Origin: a virus
Direction: 5' to 3' (one strand)
Virus record (IMG/VR): IMGVR_UViG_3300025121_000886
Coordinates: 1 to 64,000 of that record
DNA: 64,000 bases
Shown in pieces: positions 49,045-58,727 of this stretch. Under the pieces are notes generated by a model that saw only the letters and a program-made list of their open reading frames with translations, made no database searches and was not told the origin of the DNA. Position numbers and translations under genes: made by a program. Each line of letters begins with the position of its first letter. Position 1 is the stretch's first letter.

Positions 49045-49063
49045 TTTGTTTTTTGGAAAAAAT

Positions 49064-49792
49064 ATGGCTGAAATAACTGAGATAAATCAGAAACTTATAG
49101 ATGCAATAAACGAAGGAAAAAAGGTTGTTGAACAAACTGATCGTGCTTATTTGGGGGAGAGAGAACCTTTTGTTATCACCTCTGAACTTTGGCTCAGGCA
49201 GAGCACAAAACAATATATTTTCCTCTTTAATAATCCAGGAAGTTTAGAAATTCAGTTAAGTCAAAGGATGGCCGAGCAGAAAACACATTCCGGGACAATC
49301 TTACATGTTTGGCCGTCTAATGACAGAGAAAGTTCTTATGATGAACCTGTTTTAACGATGGAATTTCAAACAGGGAGTACTTGGTTGATAATTGTCCCAG
49401 ATCCTAGAGACCCTAAGAGTCAAAAGAGAATAATGAGCGCTGGTTTAAAAAATTATTATGACTTTTTAGGGTTTTTATCTCAGCCAAAAATACTTGATGA
49501 TGGTGAAGAGAACGTACATATCATAATTATGAACACCATTAATTTTCCACAGTTAACGGTATGGGGACAATTTCAGAAAGATGGTCCTACATATAGAGAA
49601 ACAGTTGATTCAGCGGGTAAAATAGATGGTTGGTCTGTCCCATTTACTGTTTATCATTCATATCCTCCTCTACATAGGGCGGATTTGATGAAAAAGACAT
49701 ATGAGGATCAATTTGGTTCTGTAGCACCCATAAAATATAGAAGTGTGGGTAATACCGGTTCTAGAATTAGAAAGTCAGGTATTCAGAGATAA
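49064..49792 (+). CDS. Baseplate hub/tail-tube-initiator-like protein
   Basis: FLFNNPGSLEI...EQKTHSG...W...LTMEFQTG tube-like pattern. Confidence 0.55.
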   Translation: MAEITEINQKLIDAINEGKKVVEQTDRAYLGEREPFVITSELWLRQSTKQYIFLFNNPGSLEIQLSQRMAEQKTHSGTILHVWPSNDRESSYDEPVLTMEFQTGSTWLIIVPDPRDPKSQKRIMSAGLKNYYDFLGFLSQPKILDDGEENVHIIIMNTINFPQLTVWGQFQKDGPTYRETVDSAGKIDGWSVPFTVYHSYPPLHRADLMKKTYEDQFGSVAPIKYRSVGNTGSRIRKSGIQR

Positions 49793-49797
49793 AATAT

Positions 49798-49870
49798 TGC
49801 GGGGTGGACCAGCTGGTAGGTCAGAAGACTCATAATCTTCGTGTCGAGGGTTCGACTCCCTCCCCCGCAA
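49798..49870 (+). tRNA. tRNA with CAU anticodon (Met), initiator-like acceptor/D arms and elongator-like anticodon stem
   Basis: Full cloverleaf: TGCGGGG/CCCCGCA, GACC/GGTC, GAAGA-CTCATAA-TCTTC, GAGGG-TTCGACT-CCCTC; followed by CTA rather than CCA. Confidence 0.93.
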
Positions 49871-49970
49871 CTAACAATAATTCTTCCTATTAATCTCATT
49901 TTTTTTATATCTGTAAAATATCTACATCAAATCTTTAATTTTCATCAACAAACAATTCAAAATAATAGGT

Positions 49971-50333
49971 GTGGTTGCTATGTCTTTAAAAGATTATATT
50001 GGAAAATACGATGTGAATATCACAGAAAATAAGGATGGTTCAATAAATTTTAAGGTTAAAAGACTTCTTGAGTTCTCAGGTGAATGGTTAGAAGCACCAA
50101 ATTATACTATTCCAGCATGGACGATGGAGGAAGCTTTCGCTTATGAGAAAAAACTTATTATGTTTACTCTATCTGATCTAAGAGGAAAAGCTGATAGACT
50201 TCAGGTTGAGTATGAGAAAGAAAAGAAAAAAAGGGATGAAGAAGAAAGAAAACGGCTCAAAAAATCTGGAAAGGTGTCGGGGATACTCTCTATTTCTGAA
50301 ACGATTGGGGGTGAACTCACCCTCGAAGAATAA
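49971..50333 (+). CDS. Hypothetical protein
   Basis: 120 aa with a C-terminal coiled coil. Confidence 0.6.
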   Translation: MVAMSLKDYIGKYDVNITENKDGSINFKVKRLLEFSGEWLEAPNYTIPAWTMEEAFAYEKKLIMFTLSDLRGKADRLQVEYEKEKKKRDEEERKRLKKSGKVSGILSISETIGGELTLEE

Positions 50334-50431
50334 TAAACATTTTTAAGATTTATCATTTAAAAAGTTATAAAATTCCTCAAAACCCCGACCGCTTGCGGTG
50401 GGGATATACATAAAAATAATTAAAATAATGT

Positions 50432-50460
50432 TTGACTTTCAGTAAATATCTTAATATACT
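50432..50460 (+). promoter_or_regulatory. Sigma70 promoter of tnpB
   Basis: TTGACT-N17-TATACT. Confidence 0.75.
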
Positions 50461-50498
50461 TAATATTTAATATTAAGTAATTTTTAGGAAATAGTATT

Positions 50499-51743
50499 TT
50501 GTATAAAACGCAATCAAATCAGATTAAGAATATGAATAAAGACACCTATAATCTTTTAAGAAGGTTGTGTTGGCATTCAGCGCGTTTGTACAATTACGGT
50601 CTATATACTGTAAGACAGAATTATTTTGAGACGAAGACATATTTACCTTATGTGCAAAATTATCATTATTGTAAGACCAATGAGAATTTTAAGGTTTTAC
50701 CAGCAGCTGTAGCACAGCAGACGTTAAAGGTTGTAGATAGGAGCTTTAAGTCTCTTTTTGGGCTTTTGAATGCTAAGAAGCACAGTAAATATCAGAGTCG
50801 TGTGTCTATCCCACATTATTTACCAAAAGATGGATATTTTCAGGTCATGATACCTAACAATGGGTTTCAGATTAAGGGTAATGAGATAAACATAGGTATA
50901 TCGAGGTTTTTGAAGGAAGATACTGGGATTAAAAATATAGTATTAGATTTTCCGACACAGATTAATGCTAAAGATGTAATAGAAGTAAGGATAATACCGC
51001 AACAGAAGGCACATTACTTTAAAATGGAGGTGGTATATGAGGTAAAAGAACAAGAATTAAAGCTAGAGCATAAAAATGTTTTATCGATTGATATAGGTCT
51101 AAATAATTTAGCGACATGTTTTGATACAAAGAACAATAGGGCTTTCATCTTAGATGGAAGGCGTTTAAAATCAATAAATTACTATTGGAATAAACAAAAC
51201 AGTAAGCTACAAAGTATCAAAGATAAACAAAACATCAGGAATTATACGAAACAACAATTTTTACTGAAGAGGAAGAGAGAAAATAGGATTAAAGACATAA
51301 TAAGAAAGAGCTCTAAGTATATTTCTGATTATTGTATTAAGAATGACATAGGGACGATAATTATAGGACACAATAAAGGTTGGAAGCAAGACATTAATCT
51401 TGGAAGGGTGAATAATCAGAAGTTTGTACAGGTACCTTTTGGATATTTGATGTCAAGCCTTGAGTCTAAATGTGAAGAGTTTGGTATGAAGTATTCAGAG
51501 ATACAAGAGTCCCATACTTCTCTATGTTCGGCTTTAGATAATGAGGAAGTTAAACATCATGATGTTTATATGGGGAAGCGTATATACAGAGGGCTTTTTA
51601 GAAGTAGAGAAGGAAAGCTCGTTAATGCTGATGTTAATGGTGCTCTAAATATTGCTAGGAAGTCAAAAGTAACTGCAATGGAGGTAACTTCTGAGCAGGT
51701 AATGGGTATTGTGGCATACCCTGTAAGAATAAGGGTATTTTAG
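50499..51743 (+). CDS. tnpB: RNA-guided endonuclease TnpB
   Basis: ARLYNYGL, SIDIGLNNLA (RuvC-I), IIIGHNKGWKQ, IQESHTS, NADVNGALNI (RuvC-III). Confidence 0.95.
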   Translation: MYKTQSNQIKNMNKDTYNLLRRLCWHSARLYNYGLYTVRQNYFETKTYLPYVQNYHYCKTNENFKVLPAAVAQQTLKVVDRSFKSLFGLLNAKKHSKYQSRVSIPHYLPKDGYFQVMIPNNGFQIKGNEINIGISRFLKEDTGIKNIVLDFPTQINAKDVIEVRIIPQQKAHYFKMEVVYEVKEQELKLEHKNVLSIDIGLNNLATCFDTKNNRAFILDGRRLKSINYYWNKQNSKLQSIKDKQNIRNYTKQQFLLKRKRENRIKDIIRKSSKYISDYCIKNDIGTIIIGHNKGWKQDINLGRVNNQKFVQVPFGYLMSSLESKCEEFGMKYSEIQESHTSLCSALDNEEVKHHDVYMGKRIYRGLFRSREGKLVNADVNGALNIARKSKVTAMEVTSEQVMGIVAYPVRIRVF

Positions 51744-51899
51744 ACAAACTTCTTACGAAGCCTTGGGGCTTGCCCCAAGGTATGTCACTAGGGATTGATC
51801 TTCTTAGAATTGTCTAATACAACTTTAGTTGTGTCCCGTAAAATAAGGTCTTAAGATTAAAAATTTTAGCAAGGACAAACAATTTTACAGGAATTTTTT

Positions 51900-53297
51900 A
51901 TGAAAAAGAAAAAAATGAAGATAAATAAAGATATCCTAGAAAGAACCTCAAATATTCTTACTGAAGATATCGATACAGAAAATATTGGGACATTTATTGA
52001 AGATACTCTAAAAGAGTCTCTAACGTCAAAAGATCGTCTATTAAACTCTTCTAATATGAACCCGGAAATGAGAAAAAATAAAATGAGGAGCATTGGTATA
52101 AAAAGAGACTTAATGTTAGATCAAAAAATGTTTACAAAGCCCAATACTCTAGATGAATATAAAGATTATTTTCTGAATAATCTTGGAAATAAAGCGACTG
52201 CATTAGAATTTTTCAAAAAATTATATGAAGATTCCATGTTAAAAATAAAAGAACTCATACCCGATTATGCTGAATATTGGCCAACATCTCAACATTATTC
52301 TTCCTGGATAGAGGGCTCACCATCTGGAATCGTAGATCATTTTACTGCCAGCTCTACTGCATCAAGTGTACTTCGTTGGTTTTCTTCCTATGATCAATGG
52401 TTGATTGGTTCAAAAAAACGAGCATCAGGCGCGTGTACTTCTTTTCTTGTTGATATAACTGGCGAGATATTCTGTCTTCTAAAGTTTTGGGAAGGAGAAG
52501 CAGACTGGCACGAACCTCTCGTCAACAGGAAATTTATAGGAATTGAACACGTTTCCTGTGGTGAATTAAAAGAAAAAGATGGAGAATTTTATTGGTGGCC
52601 TAAGAATTGGGGCTCAAAATACCCTTTTCAAGAAACTTTATCTCCATTAAAATTGACTTCTCCCTGGAGGGGGGCAACCTATTTTCAACCCTATACCACA
52701 GAACAAATACTTTCAAACATTTCTATAAAAAGGGCATTAATAGCCTATTATGGAAGTCAATTAAATGTAAGAAATTTTATAGATCATGCTGTATTAAGAA
52801 CAGATAAAATGGATATGAGCCCAGTTTGGCCATTACAACAAATAAATAGTATCGTTCTCAATAAATCTATGAATAAAAAGAGCATAACTCTTCTCTTTGA
52901 AAGCACTCTACAAAAAGATATTTCAATAGATCATCCAATAAAATTTGAATATCCTATACCTTCTTCTAAAAATGTTCAAGTTATTCGAGAAGATGAGTCT
53001 ATTCTTGAGACGGTGACTACAAGATTAGAGCATTATTCAAGTTATTTAGAACCTATAAGATGGATACAAAGAATGTTGTTCGATATGAAATATCTGGGAT
53101 CAGAATTGGCTATAAATGGGGTCATTGGAAGTATTGAAACAGTAAATGCCATAAAAAGAGTTCAAAAAGAAAGTTTATATCCAATAACCGGAATTATGGA
53201 TGAAAACATTAAAGAACGCATAAGATTATTGTATCAAGACTTTTGCTCAAAAAAAGAGTTACAGAGAAAAAAAGACCAAGCACCTTTACAGAAATGA
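51900..53297 (+). CDS. N-acetylmuramoyl-L-alanine amidase (Amidase_2-like) with C-terminal peptidoglycan-binding domain
   Basis: IVDHFTA, TSFLVD..G, DWH...N...IGIEHV, YTTEQI, IDH...KMD; C-terminal IQRML...NGVIG..T..AIK..Q...TGIMD. Confidence 0.8.
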   Translation: MKKKKMKINKDILERTSNILTEDIDTENIGTFIEDTLKESLTSKDRLLNSSNMNPEMRKNKMRSIGIKRDLMLDQKMFTKPNTLDEYKDYFLNNLGNKATALEFFKKLYEDSMLKIKELIPDYAEYWPTSQHYSSWIEGSPSGIVDHFTASSTASSVLRWFSSYDQWLIGSKKRASGACTSFLVDITGEIFCLLKFWEGEADWHEPLVNRKFIGIEHVSCGELKEKDGEFYWWPKNWGSKYPFQETLSPLKLTSPWRGATYFQPYTTEQILSNISIKRALIAYYGSQLNVRNFIDHAVLRTDKMDMSPVWPLQQINSIVLNKSMNKKSITLLFESTLQKDISIDHPIKFEYPIPSSKNVQVIREDESILETVTTRLEHYSSYLEPIRWIQRMLFDMKYLGSELAINGVIGSIETVNAIKRVQKESLYPITGIMDENIKERIRLLYQDFCSKKELQRKKDQAPLQK

Positions 53298-53308
53298 GGT
53301 ATATATAA

Positions 53309-53761
53309 ATGGCCTATGAAATGTTAGCCCTATTAACCAATGTGGCCAAGACATATTATATGGAACAATCATTGAATGGAAAATCTTTTAAAGTGGATCA
53401 TTTTGTTGTAGGACGATATGGTCATGACCTTACCGACCCAAAACAAGCTTTAACTCCTAGACCCGAGATGACCTTAGATATCTATAATGAAGAACTTGGT
53501 AAAGTCTATGGCCCCACCGACCTTACTGGACAATATGACGTAGATGATGCCCCATTTTGTAAAGAATATGTTTGCACACTCCCCCGGTCCACTCTTGTAT
53601 CTGAAATAAGTTCTATTGGATTAGTTGCTACTGTTGTTTATGTTCCTCCAAGTGGAACAGGTGCTCTAGGAGATCAATTCTTGTATGCATACACAAATTT
53701 TCCATTAAAGGTTAAGACTGATCTGGATCTCATGGTTTTTAACCTCCAAGTTCAATATTAG
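53309..53761 (+). CDS. Tail-collar/fibre-associated protein, paralogue of 57186..57626
   Basis: ALLTN...F.VG..GH...ISSIGL...YAYTNFP..K. Confidence 0.65.
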   Translation: MAYEMLALLTNVAKTYYMEQSLNGKSFKVDHFVVGRYGHDLTDPKQALTPRPEMTLDIYNEELGKVYGPTDLTGQYDVDDAPFCKEYVCTLPRSTLVSEISSIGLVATVVYVPPSGTGALGDQFLYAYTNFPLKVKTDLDLMVFNLQVQY

Positions 53762-53773
53762 ACGGAGAAAAAA

Positions 53774-56700
53774 ATGAGTATTAAAGCTTTTATAGAGTTC
53801 GGGTCAAAGGACAGTCCTGAATATTGGAATAAACAACACAAGGACATAATACAGAAGGGTATTTATACAAGTTATACTCTAACAACTGCATCCAGTCCAC
53901 CTACAATAACAGTCCCAGCATTTTCGGCCATGACTTCACAAGGTATGACTGTCATTAATGACGCTGATGTTATATTAACCTTAGCAGATGACGGAGTTAA
54001 CTGCGTATACCTAAGAGCCATTTACAATGCATTGGCAGCAGCAACCATAACTTTAACCTCAGACCTTGAAGTAGTATATAACGCTATCCCCCTTGAACAA
54101 ACAATACTTTTTGCAAAGGTTACAACATCGGGGGGAAGTATAGGAAGTGTAAGTTTAGCCGAGGCAGAAGTTATAGATGCCGTTGGAAGAAAATTCTGGA
54201 GAGACCCTGTGGACACAACCCTCCCGGCTGTTGGTGTTAGCCGAACGGGTGATCTTGTACTAAAAAAAGATGATAAGGGTATTTATTATTTTAATGGTAC
54301 AAGCTGGGAAAATATTTTAAATATAAGTGCTCAATGGAAACCTTCTGTAGCTAATTATGCAAGTCTACCCTCTGTAGGATCATCAACAGATGGCGATGCT
54401 GTCGTTGTTAGAGATGAAAATCTGATATACACCCTCGATCCAGCAGATAGTAAATGGAGACCTATATCAAGTTGGTTACCCCCCGTTGCTAATGAAGGTG
54501 ATTTACCTATTTTAGGAAGTGCTATTCCACCTAAAACAAATGATTTACGTCTGGTGGTTGATGAAAGAGAAGTTCATACTCATGGTGGTGATGGTGATTG
54601 GCATCCCTTAAATCAATGGAGAACCCCCAAAACAAAAGCTCAAATAGACATTTTAACTGGCTCAAATGGTGATGCTAGAGTAGCTACAGACGAGGGAGAA
54701 ATATATGTTAGATATAGCTCTTCCTGGAAAAAAATAGGAGCTAATGGAACTTATCTAACTGTCGGGAATACGACAGGTGATTATATTGGATCAACACAAG
54801 CACCTGTCCAAGATGCTATAGGTGCATTACCTTCTACTGGTGGTAGAATTGTTATTAAACGAGGTACATATACCTTTGACCTACCAGTTTCTATATCAAA
54901 ACCAAATGTTACAATAGAAGCTGAAACACCTGGATCAGTAAATATTATAGCAAGTTCACCAATAACCACTCTATTTTCGGTATCTGCTGTCAATTTTAGG
55001 ATGTATGGGATAAAATTAGATTTAACAGATTCAACATATACTTCTACAACAGGAGCGATTTTATTTGGTGGTGCAAGTAGTTCTGAGACAGAAGGTGGAG
55101 AAATAATTGACTGTGTATTCGATAAACCATATATAGCTATCAATCTAAATCACACTTCTTGTAACAATTCTCTTCCTATAATAATTCAGAGGTGTCAATT
55201 TAAAGACGTTCAATCTACATCCGGTGCTGTAGTAATAAAAGCTTCTTTCACTCGTGGTGTAATCATATCAGAATGTGATTTTTATTCAAATATTTCTGGA
55301 ATAAAATTTATAAGCTGTTATCAATCCAAAATAATCAATAATATAGCTCATGGAACAACATCAAATAACGGTACATATTTTATTCATGGTGATAATTGCT
55401 ATAATATTGAAGTAGACGGAAATGATATATACAATACTGATTCTACAGTAAAATCAAGTGGTTCTATCTATTTTACCAAGGGGACTATATCCCCCATTTG
55501 TTATGGAATATCGATAACAAACAATAAAATAAAAGTCAACACTGGTGGATGTGCTCAAATAGAAATTTATGGCAACGGATTAGACGATGAGGGGTTTAAC
55601 ATATCTGAAAATGAACTGTATGGTGTTTCCACAAGAGGTATTAAAATAAATGCATGTAAAAGGGCAATAATATCTAATAATTATATTGCTTGTGGAAAAA
55701 CAAATTCTATAGATATCACAAATAGTAACAATATATTGATCAATGATAATATATTAAAGCCCGAAAACAATTCTGGTACAAAAGGAATTTCTATTGATTC
55801 TTATTCATATAATGTTATTGCATCCAATAACAGTATCAATTTATCAATAGGTAAAGGTATAGAATGCTATGCAGATCACAGTATTATCTCAAATAATACT
55901 ATTATTGATAATACCGAATCAGCTATTTATATGGGATCTGATGGATATTATATTGTATCTAACAACAAAATAAGAACAACTGCCTCCACAGAATCATTGG
56001 TAGTATTAGAATCATCTGGGGGTGATATTTATGCTGTGACTGTCTCTGGAAATAATATAACTTCTGATATCACAGTAGGGACAGGTATATATGGTATATA
56101 TGCACCGGGTGATCTATATAATTCTCTCATAAATAATAATATCTTCAATCTGTCTTCTACTTCCGGTAACTTTGAGGCGGCAATATCTTGTAATAATATA
56201 ATAACAACGTGCATTAATAAGAATACAACCAAGGGAAGTGATCTAAATTACGGGATAAGAATTCTAAATAGCACGGGTGGCTTAATTTATCGATCCTCGA
56301 TTAGTGAGAACATAATCAATTTCACAACCTTAGAAGGTATAATATTTTCAGATATTTATGCTTCTTCTATAAATTTTAATGATATATGCGGATATTCATC
56401 GGATCAGTATGGAATAGCCATGTTAGAAGATGGAACACATTCCATACTCTATGGTAAAGAAGCTACCTTAATAGGAAACAAGATAAATAATTATGCACAT
56501 GGAGGAATGTATTTACTTATAGAAACTGATGCAATAATAAGTCAAAATACCATTTATACTTTTTCCAGAGATACAACACCGAGTGGACGCGGTATCTATA
56601 TTATGTCCCATTTAACGGGAAGAGCTGGTGGAAATACTGCATATAATATCAGAATAGTAAATAACATAATCCATGATGGATATACAGGTATATATGCTTC

Positions 56701-57172
56701 CATCTCTGATTCAATAATAAGTGGAAATTCTATTTATGACATTGTTAACTTTGGTGTTGAATTACCCCACTCTTTAGACGATGGTGAGCACAGTGCTATT
56801 AAAAGAAATGTGATAATAACCGGAAATAGCTTCTCAGATATTGATAATAAAGCTATCTGTGATTGGTCACATATAAGTTTTATAACAATCTCCAATAACA
56901 CTTTTTATTTATTGTACTCTGGGACGAAAGCTATTTTCTTCACCAATGATGGACATGGAATTACCATAAATGGGAATACCTTTTATGTAGATGATAAGGC
57001 CATTGACTTTAATAGTACTGATAATTTTATTGGTTTTACTGCAATAGGTAATGTGTTTAGTAAAACACTGGTTTTACATACTCATAATTTACCCGATCCA
57101 GTTACTACAAAGTCAATAACTTTAGCCAGAATGGAAGATTGTAATGTATTTGAAGTATCTTTAATATCTTAA
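53774..57172 (+). CDS. Tail fibre/tailspike with right-handed beta-helix (putative depolymerase)
   Basis: VQDAIGALPSTGGRIVIKRGTY cap, then many I.NN.I repeats; four N-terminal W..PV...LP..G...GD repeats. Confidence 0.85.
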   Translation: MSIKAFIEFGSKDSPEYWNKQHKDIIQKGIYTSYTLTTASSPPTITVPAFSAMTSQGMTVINDADVILTLADDGVNCVYLRAIYNALAAATITLTSDLEVVYNAIPLEQTILFAKVTTSGGSIGSVSLAEAEVIDAVGRKFWRDPVDTTLPAVGVSRTGDLVLKKDDKGIYYFNGTSWENILNISAQWKPSVANYASLPSVGSSTDGDAVVVRDENLIYTLDPADSKWRPISSWLPPVANEGDLPILGSAIPPKTNDLRLVVDEREVHTHGGDGDWHPLNQWRTPKTKAQIDILTGSNGDARVATDEGEIYVRYSSSWKKIGANGTYLTVGNTTGDYIGSTQAPVQDAIGALPSTGGRIVIKRGTYTFDLPVSISKPNVTIEAETPGSVNIIASSPITTLFSVSAVNFRMYGIKLDLTDSTYTSTTGAILFGGASSSETEGGEIIDCVFDKPYIAINLNHTSCNNSLPIIIQRCQFKDVQSTSGAVVIKASFTRGVIISECDFYSNISGIKFISCYQSKIINNIAHGTTSNNGTYFIHGDNCYNIEVDGNDIYNTDSTVKSSGSIYFTKGTISPICYGISITNNKIKVNTGGCAQIEIYGNGLDDEGFNISENELYGVSTRGIKINACKRAIISNNYIACGKTNSIDITNSNNILINDNILKPENNSGTKGISIDSYSYNVIASNNSINLSIGKGIECYADHSIISNNTIIDNTESAIYMGSDGYYIVSNNKIRTTASTESLVVLESSGGDIYAVTVSGNNITSDITVGTGIYGIYAPGDLYNSLINNNIFNLSSTSGNFEAAISCNNIITTCINKNTTKGSDLNYGIRILNSTGGLIYRSSISENIINFTTLEGIIFSDIYASSINFNDICGYSSDQYGIAMLEDGTHSILYGKEATLIGNKINNYAHGGMYLLIETDAIISQNTIYTFSRDTTPSGRGIYIMSHLTGRAGGNTAYNIRIVNNIIHDGYTGIYASISDSIISGNSIYDIVNFGVELPHSLDDGEHSAIKRNVIITGNSFSDIDNKAICDWSHISFITISNNTFYLLYSGTKAIFFTNDGHGITINGNTFYVDDKAIDFNSTDNFIGFTAIGNVFSKTLVLHTHNLPDPVTTKSITLARMEDCNVFEVSLIS

Positions 57173-57185
57173 AAGGTTAAAAAAT

Positions 57186-57626
57186 ATGGCAGAATACGCG
57201 GTATTAACAACAAATGGGAGAACATATTTCAGCAAAACCTCTGAAGGTTGGGCAGTTTATGTCTATAGATTTTCTATAGGGACAGGGGGACATAATCCAA
57301 CGACCTATGAGCCCTTAGAAATAACCGATATAGATATTGATGATTTAACCACTCCCATTGAAATATCTCCAAGTATCACAAAAAAATTGATAACGGCTGT
57401 AACTCGACCAAATGATAATAGTATTGCAGCTTTATGTAAGATAGAAGAAGATGAAGCTCTAGAAAATAAACTATCTGAGATAGGTATCTGGGCAAACATT
57501 TATGATGATTCACAAATTCTCCAAGATGAATATCTCATTGCTGTCGTTCATTTCCCTCCCATATACAGAAAAGGTGCTCCCCATACACAAGTCACTTGTT
57601 CTTGGAATGTAATCATAAGTTTCTAA
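57186..57626 (+). CDS. Tail-collar/fibre-associated protein, paralogue of 53309..53761
   Basis: AVLTTNG...FSIGTGGHNP...LSEIGIW...IAVVHFP. Confidence 0.65.
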   Translation: MAEYAVLTTNGRTYFSKTSEGWAVYVYRFSIGTGGHNPTTYEPLEITDIDIDDLTTPIEISPSITKKLITAVTRPNDNSIAALCKIEEDEALENKLSEIGIWANIYDDSQILQDEYLIAVVHFPPIYRKGAPHTQVTCSWNVIISF

Positions 57627-57637
57627 CGAGGTTTTCT

Positions 57638-58015
57638 ATGTCATTTAAACTCCCCAAAAAAGAAGTTCTTTTTGAGCTATCTAAAATAGCTCAAGATTTA
57701 GAACACCTAAATAAACCAAATTTAGCTGAAAAACTTGATATGGCCTGTAATATATTAGATGTTTCTCCTAAAGATGAGGACATAAAAAAACTGTTTCTCA
57801 AATATTTTTCAGAGGCTTCAAGTCATTTTAATTCTATTAGTGATTTTTATAACCCTGATTTTCATACAAAGCAGATTAATAATATAAGAAAATTATTAGA
57901 TAAGATAGAAAATGAACTCAAAAATCCATTAACTTCTTATAATCATGAAAATAAAATAGTTAGTTATACCATATTAAACCTATTCAGCTTAATTTTAAAA
58001 GAAGCATCTGATTAA
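57638..58015 (+). CDS. Tagged hypothetical protein
   Basis: LSKIAQDLEHLNKPNLAEKLDMA; GAGG RBS. Confidence 0.6.
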   Translation: MSFKLPKKEVLFELSKIAQDLEHLNKPNLAEKLDMACNILDVSPKDEDIKKLFLKYFSEASSHFNSISDFYNPDFHTKQINNIRKLLDKIENELKNPLTSYNHENKIVSYTILNLFSLILKEASD

Positions 58016-58065
58016 CTTCTTTTTAAATTGACTTGACAAGTAAACAAATACATTAGGAGAACATT

Positions 58066-58707
58066 ATGAGTTTACAACAATTAACAATAGACAACCTCGG
58101 AACAAAAACAGTTGAATTGGGCGGGAAGACAATAACAGGAGGGGGAAGCAGCACGATTGACAGACAATGGCTTTCTCTTACTGATTGTAAAGGAAATTAT
58201 CCTGATCTGGCTACTCAAATATCTGGTCTTATCACATCGGGAGAAATTAGAGTGACTTTAGAAGGTTTAACTTTAACCGCTGCAAACCTCCTTGTGTTAA
58301 AAGATATGGAGTCTACCATTATCAATTTCACCTCAGATTATGTAGAACATGCGGCTCTTGCAGCCGATGTATCCTTAAATTCTATTTCTTTTCCATATGC
58401 CATGTATCTGATAGGATTTAAAGCCTTGTCTATAAATGGTGTTGATACCGCTGTAGCAGATTATAAACAATTCGATATTATGCAAACAACCGGAGGGGCT
58501 ACAGCGACGATATTTACAGCCACCACAGAAGCGACAACCACAACTTATGGTATGGGAACATTAACTGCAAATACAGTTATAACCAAAACTATATCAACAC
58601 AAGTTATTACTGTGGCTGGATCAGTATTAAGATTTTTAGTTGGTGATGTAGGTGTTACTGGTAAACAATTCAATGGAATTTTAATTGCCCAATTTATAAG
58701 AGCTTAA
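58066..58707 (+). CDS. Virion surface/fibre-like protein, paralogue A
   Basis: RQWLSLTDCKGNYPDL...LKDM shared with 58728..59411; Thr-rich beta C-terminus. Confidence 0.65.
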   Translation: MSLQQLTIDNLGTKTVELGGKTITGGGSSTIDRQWLSLTDCKGNYPDLATQISGLITSGEIRVTLEGLTLTAANLLVLKDMESTIINFTSDYVEHAALAADVSLNSISFPYAMYLIGFKALSINGVDTAVADYKQFDIMQTTGGATATIFTATTEATTTTYGMGTLTANTVITKTISTQVITVAGSVLRFLVGDVGVTGKQFNGILIAQFIRA

Positions 58708-58727
58708 CCCCAGAGAGGTAAAAATAA

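Larger units (their letters stand above)
50369..51788 (+). mobile_element. IS200/IS605-family, IS1341-like (TnpB-only) element
   Basis: TTAT target (50365-50368); left-end AAAA guide plus hairpin CCCCGACCGCTTGCGGTGGGG; right end GAAG-CCTTGGGGCTTGCCCCAAGG-TATG-TCAC; no tnpA. Confidence 0.85.

Noticed and set aside
49841-50032. 63-aa ORF
   Set aside because: It begins inside the tRNA and has no coding features.
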